Source: an uncultured Armatimonadetes bacterium
Lineage (GTDB): Bacteria > Armatimonadota > Hebobacteria > Hebobacterales > Hebobacteraceae
Direction of reading: 5' to 3'
NCBI GenBank assembly: GCA_963716175.1
Contig: OY970296.1
Location: 2,112,001 to 2,176,000, forward strand
Length of the DNA: 64,000 nucleotides
Below the pieces are notes generated by a model. That model saw nothing but the letters and a program-made list of their open reading frames with translations. It was not told the DNA's origin and did no database searches. The position numbers were made by a program, and so were the translations under genes. Shown here piece by piece: positions 50,659 to 61,585 of the stretch. How positions within the stretch are numbered: position 1 is the first letter of the stretch; each line of letters starts with the position of its first letter.

Positions 50659-50665
50659 CGCGGCG

Positions 50666-50694
50666 ATTCTAGCTATCGGCCGCGACACTGTCAA
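50666..50694 (-). promoter_or_regulatory. Sigma70 promoter, probably leaderless transcript
   Basis: TTGACA-17-TAGAAT. ATG 7 nt downstream of the -10, no SD. Confidence 0.7.
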
Positions 50695-50831
50695 CAGGAT
50701 CGGAGAGAAGAGGCATTGGGCGACGCCACCACGAAGAATCGGCGCGAGCTGGCGGAGCGGCCGCCTCGAGACGACGAGAAGCGGCGGCGCGGAGGGAAGG
50801 TGCGCCTGCCAAAGACGCGCGAGATCGCGCC

Positions 50832-52808
50832 ATGACAGACGGCGAGCTGACATCTGGCGGCAACGCAAACGCTGGGAATACCGAGCGGCCGCCGCGGGGT
50901 CGCCGGCGGACTCTCAGAGCCCGCGCGGTGGTGCTGGCCCTCGCCCTGGTCCCGCCCGGCGTCTTCTTGATGGTGTGGAGCGACTGGGTGGCGGGCGGCG
51001 GCTCGGCCGTGGATTCCCTCATCTCGAGTGCCGTTGCCGGCCTCTCGCTGCTAGTCGCGATCAACTATGGCCTCAGGAGATGGAGGCCGCGGTGGGCGCT
51101 CTCGGGCGGAGAGCTGATCGTGGTCTACGTGGCGCTCGTGATCAGCATCGGCATCACCGCCAGCGTTTGGGACTGGGGCACGTCGGTCGCCACCGTGATC
51201 ACCTGGCCCATCTGGAACGCTAGCCCTGAGAACCAGTGGTACGACCTGATCTGGCCCAACCTGCCGAGTTGGCTCACAGTCCCCAACCGGGACGCGCTGA
51301 CGGGGTTCTTCCTGGGCGAGAGCAGCCCCTACCAGGCGGGTATCCTGCGCGCCTGGCTGCCAGCGATCTTCTGGTGGACGGCCTGGGCGACGGCCCTGGT
51401 CTGGGTGTCTCTGTGCCTAAATGTGATCGTGCGGCGGCGCTGGTCGCAGGAAGAGCAGCTTCCTTTCCCCATGACCATTCTCCCGCTCCAGATGACCGGC
51501 CCCGCCAAGGGTGGGCTGTTCGACAGCTCTCTCTGGTGGGTGGGGGTGTTCGGAGCCGCCGGCATCGGTTTGATCAACCTGATCGCGCGCTTCGTGCCCG
51601 CCTTCCCCGGGATTCCCCTGTCGGTGGACCTGACCAATGCGATGACGAACAATAAGCCCTGGGACGCGCTCCGCACGCCCTACCTGGGCTGGTCGCCGTG
51701 GAATATCGGGCTCTCCTACCTCATGCCCGTGGACCTGGCCTTCTCCATGATCGTGTTCAACATCGGCTGGCGGGCGGAGTACGTGATCACGCGCATGTTG
51801 GGATGGACCACCAGCCCGTACGGCGGCTTCCCCTATGGCGACCAGCAATCCATCGGCTGCTATCTGGCGCTGATGATCTCGGTGGTGTGGCTGGACCGCC
51901 ATTACCTGGGCCAGGTGGTGCGCAAGGCGGTGGGGCTGCGCTCTGTGGCGGATGACCGCGAGGAGGCCTTCGGCTACCGCACCGCGGTCTTCGGCGCCTT
52001 GGGCGGGCTGGCCTTCCTCTGGTATTTCCTCGCCCGCGCGGGCCTGCACAGCGAGATCTGCGCCCTTTTCCTGTTTCTCTACTTCGTGATGGCGATGGCC
52101 ATGAGCCGGATGCGCGCCCACCTGGGGCCGCCCAATCACGAGATGTATGGGACCATGCCAATCTTTGTGCTCACCCAATTCCCCGGGACGCGCGGGCTGG
52201 GGCCCCGGGCCTTGAGCACGCTCGCGCTGATGCGGCCGTACATGGGGGAGCAGCGCCCCAATCCCACGCCGGCGCAGCTCGAAGCCCTGCGGATGGCGGA
52301 GCGCGCTCCCATCAGCCCCTCGGGCATGGCCTGGGTGATGATGGCCGTGGTGCCGGTGACCATGATCTGCTATTTCTGGGCGAGCCTGCACGTGGGCTAT
52401 CACCTGGGCCTGGGCAGCGCCCGCGTCAGCCAGAGCCTGATCTTCGTGGCCCGCGAGGCCTCGCAGGAGCTCGAGGCCTGGCTGCGCACCCCGGGTGGAC
52501 CCAACTGGGGTGGAGTGGAGGCGATCGGGGTAGGCCTGGTCGGCACCCTGGTGCTGATGGCGCTCAAGCTGCAGCTCCCGATGTGGCCTCTGCATCCCGT
52601 GGCCTTCCCCCTGGCCTTCTGCTTTCCCATAGACGCCATGCTGCCCGCGATTGTCATCAGCTGGCTGGCTAAGACCCTGCTGCTGCGCTATGGGGGCCTG
52701 CGCGCCCACCGCCGGGCGCTGCCGTTCTTCCTCGGGCTGATCGTGGGCGGCGCCACCATGGACCTGGCGGAGTCTATCGTGTTCCGTATCGTGGGCCTGC
52801 GCGGTTAG
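50832..52808 (+). CDS. DUF6785/DUF6784 family multi-pass membrane protein (OPT-like transporter)
   Basis: RRRWSQEEQLPFP, GFPY..Q..G.Y, WPLHPV, LRYGGLRAHRRALPFFLGL. Confidence 0.8.
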   Translation: MTDGELTSGGNANAGNTERPPRGRRRTLRARAVVLALALVPPGVFLMVWSDWVAGGGSAVDSLISSAVAGLSLLVAINYGLRRWRPRWALSGGELIVVYVALVISIGITASVWDWGTSVATVITWPIWNASPENQWYDLIWPNLPSWLTVPNRDALTGFFLGESSPYQAGILRAWLPAIFWWTAWATALVWVSLCLNVIVRRRWSQEEQLPFPMTILPLQMTGPAKGGLFDSSLWWVGVFGAAGIGLINLIARFVPAFPGIPLSVDLTNAMTNNKPWDALRTPYLGWSPWNIGLSYLMPVDLAFSMIVFNIGWRAEYVITRMLGWTTSPYGGFPYGDQQSIGCYLALMISVVWLDRHYLGQVVRKAVGLRSVADDREEAFGYRTAVFGALGGLAFLWYFLARAGLHSEICALFLFLYFVMAMAMSRMRAHLGPPNHEMYGTMPIFVLTQFPGTRGLGPRALSTLALMRPYMGEQRPNPTPAQLEALRMAERAPISPSGMAWVMMAVVPVTMICYFWASLHVGYHLGLGSARVSQSLIFVAREASQELEAWLRTPGGPNWGGVEAIGVGLVGTLVLMALKLQLPMWPLHPVAFPLAFCFPIDAMLPAIVISWLAKTLLLRYGGLRAHRRALPFFLGLIVGGATMDLAESIVFRIVGLRG

Positions 52809-52870
52809 CCAGGCCTCTGTCGAGCAGGGGCTTACCCCTGTCACCCTTGGTCCCGTCAGGGAGGGTTGCC

Positions 52871-53965
52871 ATGGCTGTGCAGCTAGAGAAACGCCGATTA
52901 GGGAAGACCGGGCTGGAGGTCACGGTCCTGGGGTTCGGCGCGATCAAGTTTCCTCACATCTCGGCCGCAGAGGCGGCGGCCTCTGTAGACCGCGCGCTCG
53001 ATCTGGGCATCAGCTTCCTGGACACCGCTCGCGGCTATGGCGATAGTGAAGCCAAGATCGGGCCGGTGCTGAAGCGCCGGCGAGACCAGGTCTACATCGC
53101 CACGAAGACCGGCAAGCGCACCGCGAGAGAAGCGATGGGCGAGCTGGAGACCAGCTTGCGCAATCTCCAGACCGATTACCTCGACCTCTACCAGTCCCAC
53201 TGGGTCTGCAATGACGAGGCCCTGGATGCGGTGCTGGCGCCGGGAGGCGCGTTGGAGACCTTCATCAAGGCGAAGAGCCAGGGAAAGATCCGCCACTATG
53301 GGATCACCATGCACCGCCACCACTCCGCCATCCGACGCGCCATCCAGTCCGATCTCTTCGAGACCATCATGCTCGCCTACAACCCGATTGATGAGGAAGG
53401 CGTGGGACCGGAGCTGATCCCGCTGGCCTCCCAGCACCAGATGGGTGTCATCATCATGAAGCCGCTGTCAGGAGGATTGCTGGTTTCGCCTCCCGGATTG
53501 GCGCGGGTGGACGGCCTCGACCCGCTGGTGGCCGGAACCTTGCGGGGCATCGCGGCGAACCCGCACGTGACCACAGTGATCCCGGGCATGATCAGCCCAC
53601 AGCAGGTGGACGAGAACCACCGCGCCATCACCACCGCCCAGGCCTTCGACGAGACCGCGCGGCGGCGGCTGTTCGAGGCGGTGGCGGCGATGAAGAAGGA
53701 GCTGCGTTACGGGCAGCTCTGCCTGGGCTGCGGCTACTGCGCGCCCTGCCGGCAAGGCATTGACATCCCCAGGGTCTTCCGGGCGCTCTATATGCACCAG
53801 AGCTATCCCGAGGACCAGCGCTTCATGGGCCGGGAGCTATATGACGAACTGGCGGTGCCGCCGGATGCCTGCGAGGAATGCGGCGAATGCCTGGAGCGCT
53901 GCCCGGCCGGCATTGATATCCCCGCCCGCCTGCGCGAAGCCCTCGCCGCCTTCGCCAAACGGTAG
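52871..53965 (+). CDS. Aldo/keto reductase with C-terminal 4Fe-4S dicluster
   Basis: RRLGKTGL, DTARGYG.SE, C..C..C.PC and C..C..C...CP. Confidence 0.92.
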   Translation: MAVQLEKRRLGKTGLEVTVLGFGAIKFPHISAAEAAASVDRALDLGISFLDTARGYGDSEAKIGPVLKRRRDQVYIATKTGKRTAREAMGELETSLRNLQTDYLDLYQSHWVCNDEALDAVLAPGGALETFIKAKSQGKIRHYGITMHRHHSAIRRAIQSDLFETIMLAYNPIDEEGVGPELIPLASQHQMGVIIMKPLSGGLLVSPPGLARVDGLDPLVAGTLRGIAANPHVTTVIPGMISPQQVDENHRAITTAQAFDETARRRLFEAVAAMKKELRYGQLCLGCGYCAPCRQGIDIPRVFRALYMHQSYPEDQRFMGRELYDELAVPPDACEECGECLERCPAGIDIPARLREALAAFAKR

Positions 53966-54026
53966 GGCAGGTCCCCGACCTGCCCACGCGCTGCCTGCCC
54001 CAGTAGGGCAGGTCCGCGACCTGCCC
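53962..54026. repeat. GTAG-type REP doublet
   Basis: GTAGGGCAGGTCCCCGACCTGCCC and GTAGGGCAGGTCCGCGACCTGCCC in tandem. Confidence 0.75.
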
Positions 54027-54060
54027 ACCCGCCGCAGGCGGGCTGTCCCGAAGCATACCC

Positions 54061-55203
54061 CTAGCAAGAAGCCCCGAGCGCCTCACCGCTCTGCCCGCGC
54101 GCTGCGGCGCTGACATGGTGGTACCAGCAGAACATGGTCAGACAGAGCCAGACACCGAGGACGGAGGTCCAGCCATCCTTCGCGAGCAGCCAGGGCACGA
54201 TTGAGAAATCCGCGATTCGGAGCGCCGGGTTGGGACCCGCGAGCGACCGGGCGAGAAGGGTGAGCGGCGTGATGAGCAGAGCCTGCAGGGCCAGGAAACC
54301 GGCCCACAGCGTAAGAGCCGTGGCAAGGGTGCGCCAGACCAAGCGAATGCTCTGCTTGATGGCGGCGATCACGGAGAGATCGCTGGCGACTATGGCGTAG
54401 AGCGATAGCGAGAGCAGAACGCCGAGCACGGGCGCGACCCAACGTGGCCAGAGAGCACGGACATCCCACAGTTCGAGGGGCAGCAGCGCCACCACATAGA
54501 GTGGCCAGTAGGCCACTACCAGGAAAAGCACTGAGAACAGCCAGAATCGCCACCAACGGCGCTTAGCACTGGGGAAGAAGCATTGCCAAGAGACTCCGCC
54601 TGCAGCGACAGCGGCCCCCACGACCGCATAGTAGCCGGCAAGGAGAAAGGCGGCTGGCAGCATGACGACGAGCACGCCCGGTGCTGTGATGACCATCTCA
54701 GCAGTGCCAGGGCCGGATTCGTTGACCTTGCGCTTCGATGCCAGCGCGGCACCAATCAGCCCATCGAATGATGGTGCTTCAATGGGAGCGGCCAGGATGC
54801 TCTGCCGGACGACCTCGACGCGCGCCCTGGGCACACTGGCGGGGAGCACCGTCTGCTCGATCTGCCGAGCCAAGTCACGCCCCCAGGCGGTATGGTGGTA
54901 GGTGTAATACTCGCCACCCAGGCGCTCAACCACGTTGAAACACGCGATCGCAAGTGGCAACAACAGCAAGGAGGGACTGCGCCTAAGGAGTTGTAGCGCC
55001 CGGCGTGCATGCACAATTGCTGCAGTCACATCGGCGGCGAGCTTGCGCGCCAGCGGGGTGAGCCTCCGCACAACCGGTGGGAGGTGTTCTCGCCAGTCGC
55101 GCTCCGGCAGTATGGGCCGCTCATCCACCAGCGCCACCGCGCACTTTGCACAGGTGCTGAACCCCTCTCTGAACTCTGCCCCGCACTGCGGACACCATGG
55201 CAT
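54061..55203 (-). CDS. Membrane protein with N-terminal zinc ribbon
   Basis: MPWCPQCGAEFREGFSTCAKC followed by about 6 TM segments. Confidence 0.75.
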   Translation of the reverse strand: MPWCPQCGAEFREGFSTCAKCAVALVDERPILPERDWREHLPPVVRRLTPLARKLAADVTAAIVHARRALQLLRRSPSLLLLPLAIACFNVVERLGGEYYTYHHTAWGRDLARQIEQTVLPASVPRARVEVVRQSILAAPIEAPSFDGLIGAALASKRKVNESGPGTAEMVITAPGVLVVMLPAAFLLAGYYAVVGAAVAAGGVSWQCFFPSAKRRWWRFWLFSVLFLVVAYWPLYVVALLPLELWDVRALWPRWVAPVLGVLLSLSLYAIVASDLSVIAAIKQSIRLVWRTLATALTLWAGFLALQALLITPLTLLARSLAGPNPALRIADFSIVPWLLAKDGWTSVLGVWLCLTMFCWYHHVSAAARGQSGEALGASC

Positions 55204-55220
55204 CTCCCCCTCCTCTCAGA

Positions 55221-56186
55221 TCAGAGGCTGATCGTCCTTCCCTCCTGCACCGCCTCCGCGAGGGCCACCGAGTCCACCGCCTCCTGGGGCGAGGGAGAGG
55301 GCCTCCGCCCGTCCCGCAAGGCCGAGAGAAACTGCACTGCTTCGCCGTAGAAGCCGCTGTTGATGAAGCCCGGCTCGACCGGCCAGATCTCCGAGTCCAC
55401 CCGCTTCCCGTTCACCCACAACTCGGCGCGGCCATCAGCCACCTCCCAGGGGAGCGTGAAAGCGATGGTGCAATCGCGCCCGAAGAGGGCATAGGTTTCG
55501 TCCACCAAGCCACAGGTCGGGAGGATGTCGCAGCGGCCGCGCGCGCCCGAGCCGAAGTCGAGGTCAACGTGGAAGTTCAGGATCCCTCCGCTGGGCTCGA
55601 CGCGGGTAGTATGAGCGGCGCGAACCCCACCCATGGCGGCCTCGGCGAGTGCTCGCACGCAGTCCAGCAGATGAATGCCGGTGCCGAAGGCGAACTGCTC
55701 GTCCCGGCGCTGGGCGCGCAGCATGCGGGCATAGAGGTACTCGAAGGGGCCATGTGCTTCCGCCCAGGCGAGAGCCTTCCGGGTGCAGGGCGCCCAGCGC
55801 CGGTTGAAAGCGACCATGTTCGGCACCCCGGTGCGCTCTGAAATCCGGGCCAGCTCCTGCGCTTCTCGCAGGTTCCTGCCCGGCGGCTTCTCGAAAAAGG
55901 TCGGGATGCTCCGCTCCATCACCTGTCCGGCCAGGCGTCGGGTAAGCTCGATGGGCACCACCACCCAGCAGGCATCTGGCTGCACTTCATCGAGCATCGC
56001 CTGCGCGTCACTATAGGCGCGGGCGAAGCCAAACTCCCGGCTGAACAGGTGGGCCCGCTCCGGCCGCAGATCGCAGACTGCGGCCAGCGCGATCTCGCCT
56101 GGGTGTTCTTTGGCGTAACGGGCCAAAGAGGGCCCGTGCACGTGCTCTGAGTGTGAACCGGCCCCGATCAGCGCGATCTTGCGCAT
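55221..56186 (-). CDS. Gfo/Idh/MocA family oxidoreductase
   Basis: IALIGAG, FEKPPG, AFNRR, GIHLLD. Confidence 0.92.
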   Translation of the reverse strand: MRKIALIGAGSHSEHVHGPSLARYAKEHPGEIALAAVCDLRPERAHLFSREFGFARAYSDAQAMLDEVQPDACWVVVPIELTRRLAGQVMERSIPTFFEKPPGRNLREAQELARISERTGVPNMVAFNRRWAPCTRKALAWAEAHGPFEYLYARMLRAQRRDEQFAFGTGIHLLDCVRALAEAAMGGVRAAHTTRVEPSGGILNFHVDLDFGSGARGRCDILPTCGLVDETYALFGRDCTIAFTLPWEVADGRAELWVNGKRVDSEIWPVEPGFINSGFYGEAVQFLSALRDGRRPSPSPQEAVDSVALAEAVQEGRTISL

Positions 56187-56474
56187 GCTGGCATCCCTCC
56201 CGGGCAATCCCCCGCCAATTTCCCTGACTTGGTCCTCTGCCCCTGCCTGGATCATCCCCGTAGGTTCCCTGGCACGCACCCGGCCATGCTGTCCGGATTG
56301 GGCAACAGGTGAAAGCTGTCAGGACGTGGTAAAGATAGACCGCGGGCGGGCGGAGGATGTGGGACCGGTTGTGAGAGGTGGGTTCTTTTCGGGTATCATC
56401 GTTAAGGTCCCCCCGGTGAGATGGCAGAGCTGCTCGTTCGCCCGTCAGTCGGGCCGGGGGACAGGAGAGGCGGC

Positions 56475-57080
56475 ATGCTTTACATCCCTAGCGTAGTCGA
56501 GCAGACTCCCCGTGGGGAGAGGTCGTGGGACCTCTTCTCCCGGTTGCTCCAGAACCGGATCATCTTCATCGGCAGTGACATCAATGATGTGGTAGCGAGC
56601 CTGGTGATCGGTCAGCTCTTCTACCTGCAGAATGAGGACACCGGCAAAGATATCGAGATGTACATCAACAGCAACGGTGGCGAGGTGCCGGCGGGGCTGG
56701 CGATCTACGACACCATGCAGATCATCATCCCGGACATCTGCACTTACTGCATGGGCAAGGCGTGCAGCATGGCCGCGCTGCTGCTGGCGGCCGGTGCCAA
56801 CGGCAAGCGGCGCGCCCTGCCCAACTCGCGGGTGCTGATCCACCAGCCCTTGAGCAGCGCTTACGGTCAGGTGACCGAGATCGAGATCTTCACCCGGGAG
56901 CTGCTGCGCACCCGCGACCGGATCAACCAGATCCTGGCCTATCACACTGGCCAGGATGTGGAGACCATTCGCCGGGATACGGAACGAGACTTCTGGATGA
57001 CGGCGGAAGAGGCCAAGGCCTATGGCATCGTGGACGAGGTGCTGGAGATGCGCGCCGCCAAGGCCAGGCCACACGACTAG
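56475..57080 (+). CDS. clpP: ATP-dependent Clp protease proteolytic subunit
   Basis: DLFSRLL..RIIF, ACSMAA (Ser), IHQP (His), TERD (Asp). Confidence 0.97.
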   Translation: MLYIPSVVEQTPRGERSWDLFSRLLQNRIIFIGSDINDVVASLVIGQLFYLQNEDTGKDIEMYINSNGGEVPAGLAIYDTMQIIIPDICTYCMGKACSMAALLLAAGANGKRRALPNSRVLIHQPLSSAYGQVTEIEIFTRELLRTRDRINQILAYHTGQDVETIRRDTERDFWMTAEEAKAYGIVDEVLEMRAAKARPHD

Positions 57081-57122
57081 CGCCAACGATAGCCCGGAGA
57101 GGAACTCAGCAGGGAGAGTGGG

Positions 57123-58432
57123 ATGCGGACACGGCAACCCGAGCCCCAGTGTTCATTCTGCGGCAAGACACAAAGCGAGGTGGGCGGCCGTCTGATCGCC
57201 GGCGACGGCGTGTTCATCTGTGCCGAATGCACCGCGCTCTGCCACGAGCTGCTCCAGGATGAGCAGCGCCCCGCGGTGGCGGAGCGAGACCAGATCTTCG
57301 AGCTGCCCATCCCGACCCCCAAGGAGATCTATCAGTCCCTGAGCGAGTATGTGATCGGCCAAGAGTACGCCCGCCGGGTGCTCTCGGTCGCGGTGTATAA
57401 CCACTACAAACGCATCCAGATGCAGCAGGCCGAGGAGGAGGTCGAGCTTCAGAAGAGCAACATTCTGCTGATCGGCCCCACTGGCAGCGGCAAGACGCTG
57501 CTGGCGCAGACCCTGGCCAAGATTCTCGATGTGCCGTTCTGCATCACCGATGCCACCACCCTCACCGAGGCGGGCTATGTGGGTGAGGACGTGGAGAACA
57601 TCCTGCTCAAGCTCTACCAGGCGGCCGACTGCAATACCGAGCGTGCCCAACGGGGCATCGTCTACATTGATGAGATAGACAAGATCGCACGCAAGAGCGA
57701 GAACCGCTCCATCACCCGGGACGTCAGTGGAGAGGGGGTCCAGCAGGCCCTGCTCAAGATCCTGGAGGGGACGGTGGCCAACATTCCGCCCCAGGGGGGC
57801 CGCAAGCACCCACAGCAGGAGTATCTGCAGATGGACTCGACTGATATCCTGTTCCTCTGCGGTGGCACCTTCGAGGGACTGGAGGAGACGATTCGGCGCC
57901 GCACCGACGACGGCCGGCCTTCGGCCTGCGGCAGAACGTGAAGCCGCAGCACCAGCGACCCCTGGGGGAGGTGCTGCGCGAGGTGCTGCCGGAGGACCTG
58001 CTCAGGTTCGGGTTCATCCCGGAGTTCGTGGGGCGGCTGCCGGTGGTGGCGACGCTGGATGCGCTGGACAAGCAGGCCCTGCTGCGGATCCTGGTGGAGC
58101 CCAAGAACGCGCTGGTGCAGCAGTACCGCAAGTACCTGGAGTGGGACGGCGTAGAGCTGGAGTTTACACAGGACGCGCTGGAGGAGATCGCCGAGCAGGC
58201 CCTGGCACGGGGCACGGGGGCCCGCGCCCTGCGCACCATCATTGAGGAGGTAATGCTGGATATCATGTACGAGGTGCCTTCCCGCCGCGGGACCGGCAAG
58301 TGCCTGGTGACGGCCGAGGCCGTGCGCCGCCAGCAGCCGGCGCGGCTTACCGGCTCCATTGTGAGTGAGGCCCCCCGCTCGGAGTCCGAGGCCGCGCCCT
58401 CCGCGGAAGCCCAGGAGCGCCGGGCGGGCTGA
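57123..58432 (+). CDS. clpX: Clp protease ATP-binding subunit ClpX (frameshift near 57905-57935)
   Basis: CSFCGK zinc finger, [14 protein letters not shown]; second frame [25 protein letters not shown]. Confidence 0.96.
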
Positions 58433-58458
58433 GGTGGCGGTGAGCAAGGAGGCCCTGT

Positions 58459-60922
58459 GTGGCTGAGATGAGCGAAACCAGAGTTCTCACCCCGGAAGAG
58501 ATCGGGCAGAAGGCGGGAGCGATCCCCGACGAAGTGCCGGTCCTGCCCACCCGAGGAGCGGTCATCTATCCCTATCTGGTGGTGCCGCTCTTCGTAGGGC
58601 GGCCGCGGTCGGTGGAGGCGCTGGAAGCTGCGACCCGGGAGGGCCAGCGCATTGCGCTGGTGGCCCAGCGCAATGTGGATGTGGACGACCCCGGCCCGGA
58701 CGATATCTACACCATCGGCACCCTGGGAGAGGTCGTCACCCTGCTGCGGCTTCCGGACAGCACCATCCGGGTGATGATCCAAGGGTTCGACCGGGTGCGG
58801 ATCAAGGGGTTTGTGCATAGTGATCCCTACCTTCGGGCGCACATCGAAACCGCGCCGGAGATCGAGGAGCCGGGGATCGAGACCGAAGCCCTGGTGCGCA
58901 ATGTGGTGGCGCAGTTCGAACGCCTGATCAACCTGGGCAAGAGCTTGCCCGCGGAAGCGCTGGAAACGGCGCGGCGCATGAGCGATCCGGGACGGCTGGC
59001 CGACCTGATCGCCTACTACACCCAGATCCCGGTGGAGGTGAAGCAGCAGATCCTGGAGGCGGCCAACCAGCGGGAGCGGCTGGAGATCCTGGCCAATGTG
59101 CTCAACCGGGAGATCGAGATCCTGGAGGTCGAGCGCAAGATCAGCTCGCGGGTGAAGAAGGAGCTGGAGGACTCCCAGAAAGAGTTCTACCTGCGGGAGA
59201 AGATGAAGGCGATCCAGCAGGAGCTGGGCGAGCGCGACGAGCGGACCGGCGAGATCGAGGAGCTGCGGAGCCGGATCGCGGCCGCCAAGATGCCGAACGA
59301 GGTAGAGGAGCGAGCGCTCAAAGAGGTGGAGCGGCTGGAGCGAATGCCTCCCGCCTCCCCCGAGGTGGTGGTGGTGCGCACCTACCTGGACTGGCTGATC
59401 GCCATGCCCTGGAGCGTGCGGAGCGAGGAGAAGCTGGACATCATCGCCGCCGAGCGCATCCTGCACGAGGACCACTACGGGCTGAAGAAGATCAAGGAAA
59501 GGGTGCTCGAATTCCTGGCGGTGCGGAAGCTCGCCAAGGCGGTGAAGGGCCCGATCCTCTGCTTCCTCGGCCCCCCGGGGGTGGGCAAGACCTCCATGGG
59601 CCGGTCCATCGCCCGCGCCACCGGGCGGAAGTTCGTTCGCATCTCCCTGGGCGGGGTGCGGGATGAAGGCGAGATCCGGGGCCACCGGCGCACCTATGTG
59701 GGCGCGCTGCCAGGCCGCATCGTGCAGGGACTGAAGACAGCAGGCACGCGGAATCCGGTGTTCATGATGGATGAGGTGGACAAGATCGGGATAGACTTCC
59801 GCGGCGACCCGGCGTCGGCGCTGCTGGAAGTGCTCGATCCCGAGCAGAACAACGCTTTCAGCGATCACTACCTGGAGGTGCCCCTCGATCTTTCCGAGGT
59901 GATGTTCATCACCACCGGAAACCTGATGGACCCGATCCCGCCAGCGCTGCGAGACCGGATGGAGATCATCGAGTTCCCGGGGTACATCGAGGAGGAGAAG
60001 CTGAAGATCGCGCAGCTCTTCCTCGTCCCCAAGCAGCTCAAGAACCACGGCCTGGAGCCCAAGCAGCTCGTGTTCACCGAGGCCGGGCTGCGCAGCGTCG
60101 ATTCGCGAGTACACGCGAGAGGCGGGAGTGCGCAACCTGGAGCGGGAGATCGCCTCCATCTGCCGCAAGGTGGCAAAGGGGGTGGCCCAGGAGAAGGTCA
60201 AGTCGGCTCGCGTCACCACCAGGTCAATCCGCGGCTACCTCGGGCAGCCGCGTTTCCGGTTCGGGGTGGCGGAGAAGGAAGACGAGGTGGGAGTGGCCAC
60301 TGGGCTGGGGGTGACGGAGTTCGGGGGCGATATCCTGTTCATCGAGGTGAGCCTGATGAAGGGCCGCGGTGGCCTGTTGCTGACCGGCCACCTAGGGGAC
60401 GTGATGCAGGAGTCGGGAAAGGCCGCCTTCAGCTATGCTCGCTCGCGGGCGGCCGAGCTCGGGATCAACGAGGACTTCTACCGCAGCACCGATGTCCACA
60501 TCCACGTGCCCGCGGGCCAGATCCCCAAGGACGGGCCCTCCGCCGGCATCACCATGGCGACGGCCTTGATCTCGGCCCTCACCCGCCGGCCGGTGCACCG
60601 CAATGTGGCGATGACCGGGGAGATCAGCCTGCGGGGCAAGGTGCTGCCGGTGGGCGGGATCAAGGAGAAGGTGCTGGCGGCGCACCGGGCGGGGCTGAAG
60701 ACGGTGATCCTGCCGAGAGACAATCAGCGGGACCTGGAGGAGATCCCGTCGCACGTCCAGCGCGACCTCAAGTTCCGCTTCGTCGAATACATGGACGAGG
60801 TGCTGTCCCTCGCCCTCCATGACAAGCCCCGGCGGGAGACGCGACCTGCCAAGCCGGCGGAAGCGCGAGTGGAACGAGACGCGGCCCAGCCGGTCCCTCA
60901 GCCGCCTGGGGCGGCGCTCTAA
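58459..60922 (+). CDS. lon: Lon protease (frameshift near 60100)
   Basis: [22 protein letters not shown]; second frame [20 protein letters not shown]. Confidence 0.96.
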
Positions 60923-60923
60923 T

Positions 60924-61020
60924 GGCGTTCGCACAAAGAGGTAATGTGCGAACGCCGCTCTGGGCCCGTCTGAGCAGTTGACTGAGCTTCGCCCGGTTAC
61001 TTCTTTGGGCGAAGCTCAGT
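60924..61020. terminator. Two strong hairpins between convergent genes
   Basis: GGCGTTCGCACA...TGTGCGAACGCC and ACTGAGCTTCGCCC...GGGCGAAGCTCAGT. Confidence 0.55.
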
Positions 61021-61089
61021 AGTGCGCTGATCGGGCAGTCTCTGGCGGCCGGGCCCCCCGACGACGGGGCTCGCACCGCGGCCGCGCTT

Positions 61090-61440
61090 TCAGAACCCGA
61101 ACAGGCCCTGCAGGCGCAGGGCTAGCGACAGGTCCCCCTCAACTTGCACGCGGCCCTCGACAAAGGCCGCGTACCCATCGAGACGACCAGCTAGCAGGTC
61201 AACCCAGTCTAGGGCGGCCACGGTAATGGTGACATCGGGGCGCTCGGCCGCGCCCGGTGTCAGCAGGCACTGCCGGTTGGACACGGTCAGATGCCAGAGG
61301 CCGCCCTGGTCGCCTGTGAGGCGGAGCTGATAGACGGCGGTCAGGTCTTTCGCCTCTGCTTCGCGAAAGCGCTTTACCAGGCTGTTAAGGCTGGCTTCGG
61401 CCGCGCCCGGGGGCGGCCCGGCGATCGGTTCAGTTGACAT
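61090..61440 (-). CDS. SCP2 sterol-binding domain protein
   Basis: YQLRLTG..GG.W, PDVTI, AFVEGRVQVEGDLSLA. Confidence 0.9.
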   Translation of the reverse strand: MSTEPIAGPPPGAAEASLNSLVKRFREAEAKDLTAVYQLRLTGDQGGLWHLTVSNRQCLLTPGAAERPDVTITVAALDWVDLLAGRLDGYAAFVEGRVQVEGDLSLALRLQGLFGF

Positions 61441-61464
61441 CGCGCACTCCCAGTTTTGCCTAGA

Positions 61465-61585
61465 GCGCATTTCATAACCTACCGGCTGGCTGGCCCCACC
61501 ACGCCCTCGCATGAAATGCGCCTGCTACTGCCTGACGTTGTGCAGTGCTGTTTCATAACCTCCCCTGGGAGGGTTATGAAACAGC
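61465..61585. repeat. Pair of TTTCATAACC-type inverted repeats (MITE-like)
   Basis: GCGCATTTCAT...ATGAAATGCGC and GCTGTTTCATAACC...GGTTATGAAACAGC share TTTCATAACCT. Confidence 0.65.

Noticed and set aside
57754-60219. 821-aa minus-strand ORF and similar long antisense ORFs (51417-52844, 41109-42455, most of 39326-40696)
   Set aside because: They overlap well-supported genes on the other strand, a typical high-GC shadow pattern.
17766-60922. Programmed frameshifting or genuine pseudogenisation of infC, clpX, lon and others
   Set aside because: No shared slippery heptamer, essential genes are affected, and the sequences are otherwise intact. Sequencing error is more parsimonious.
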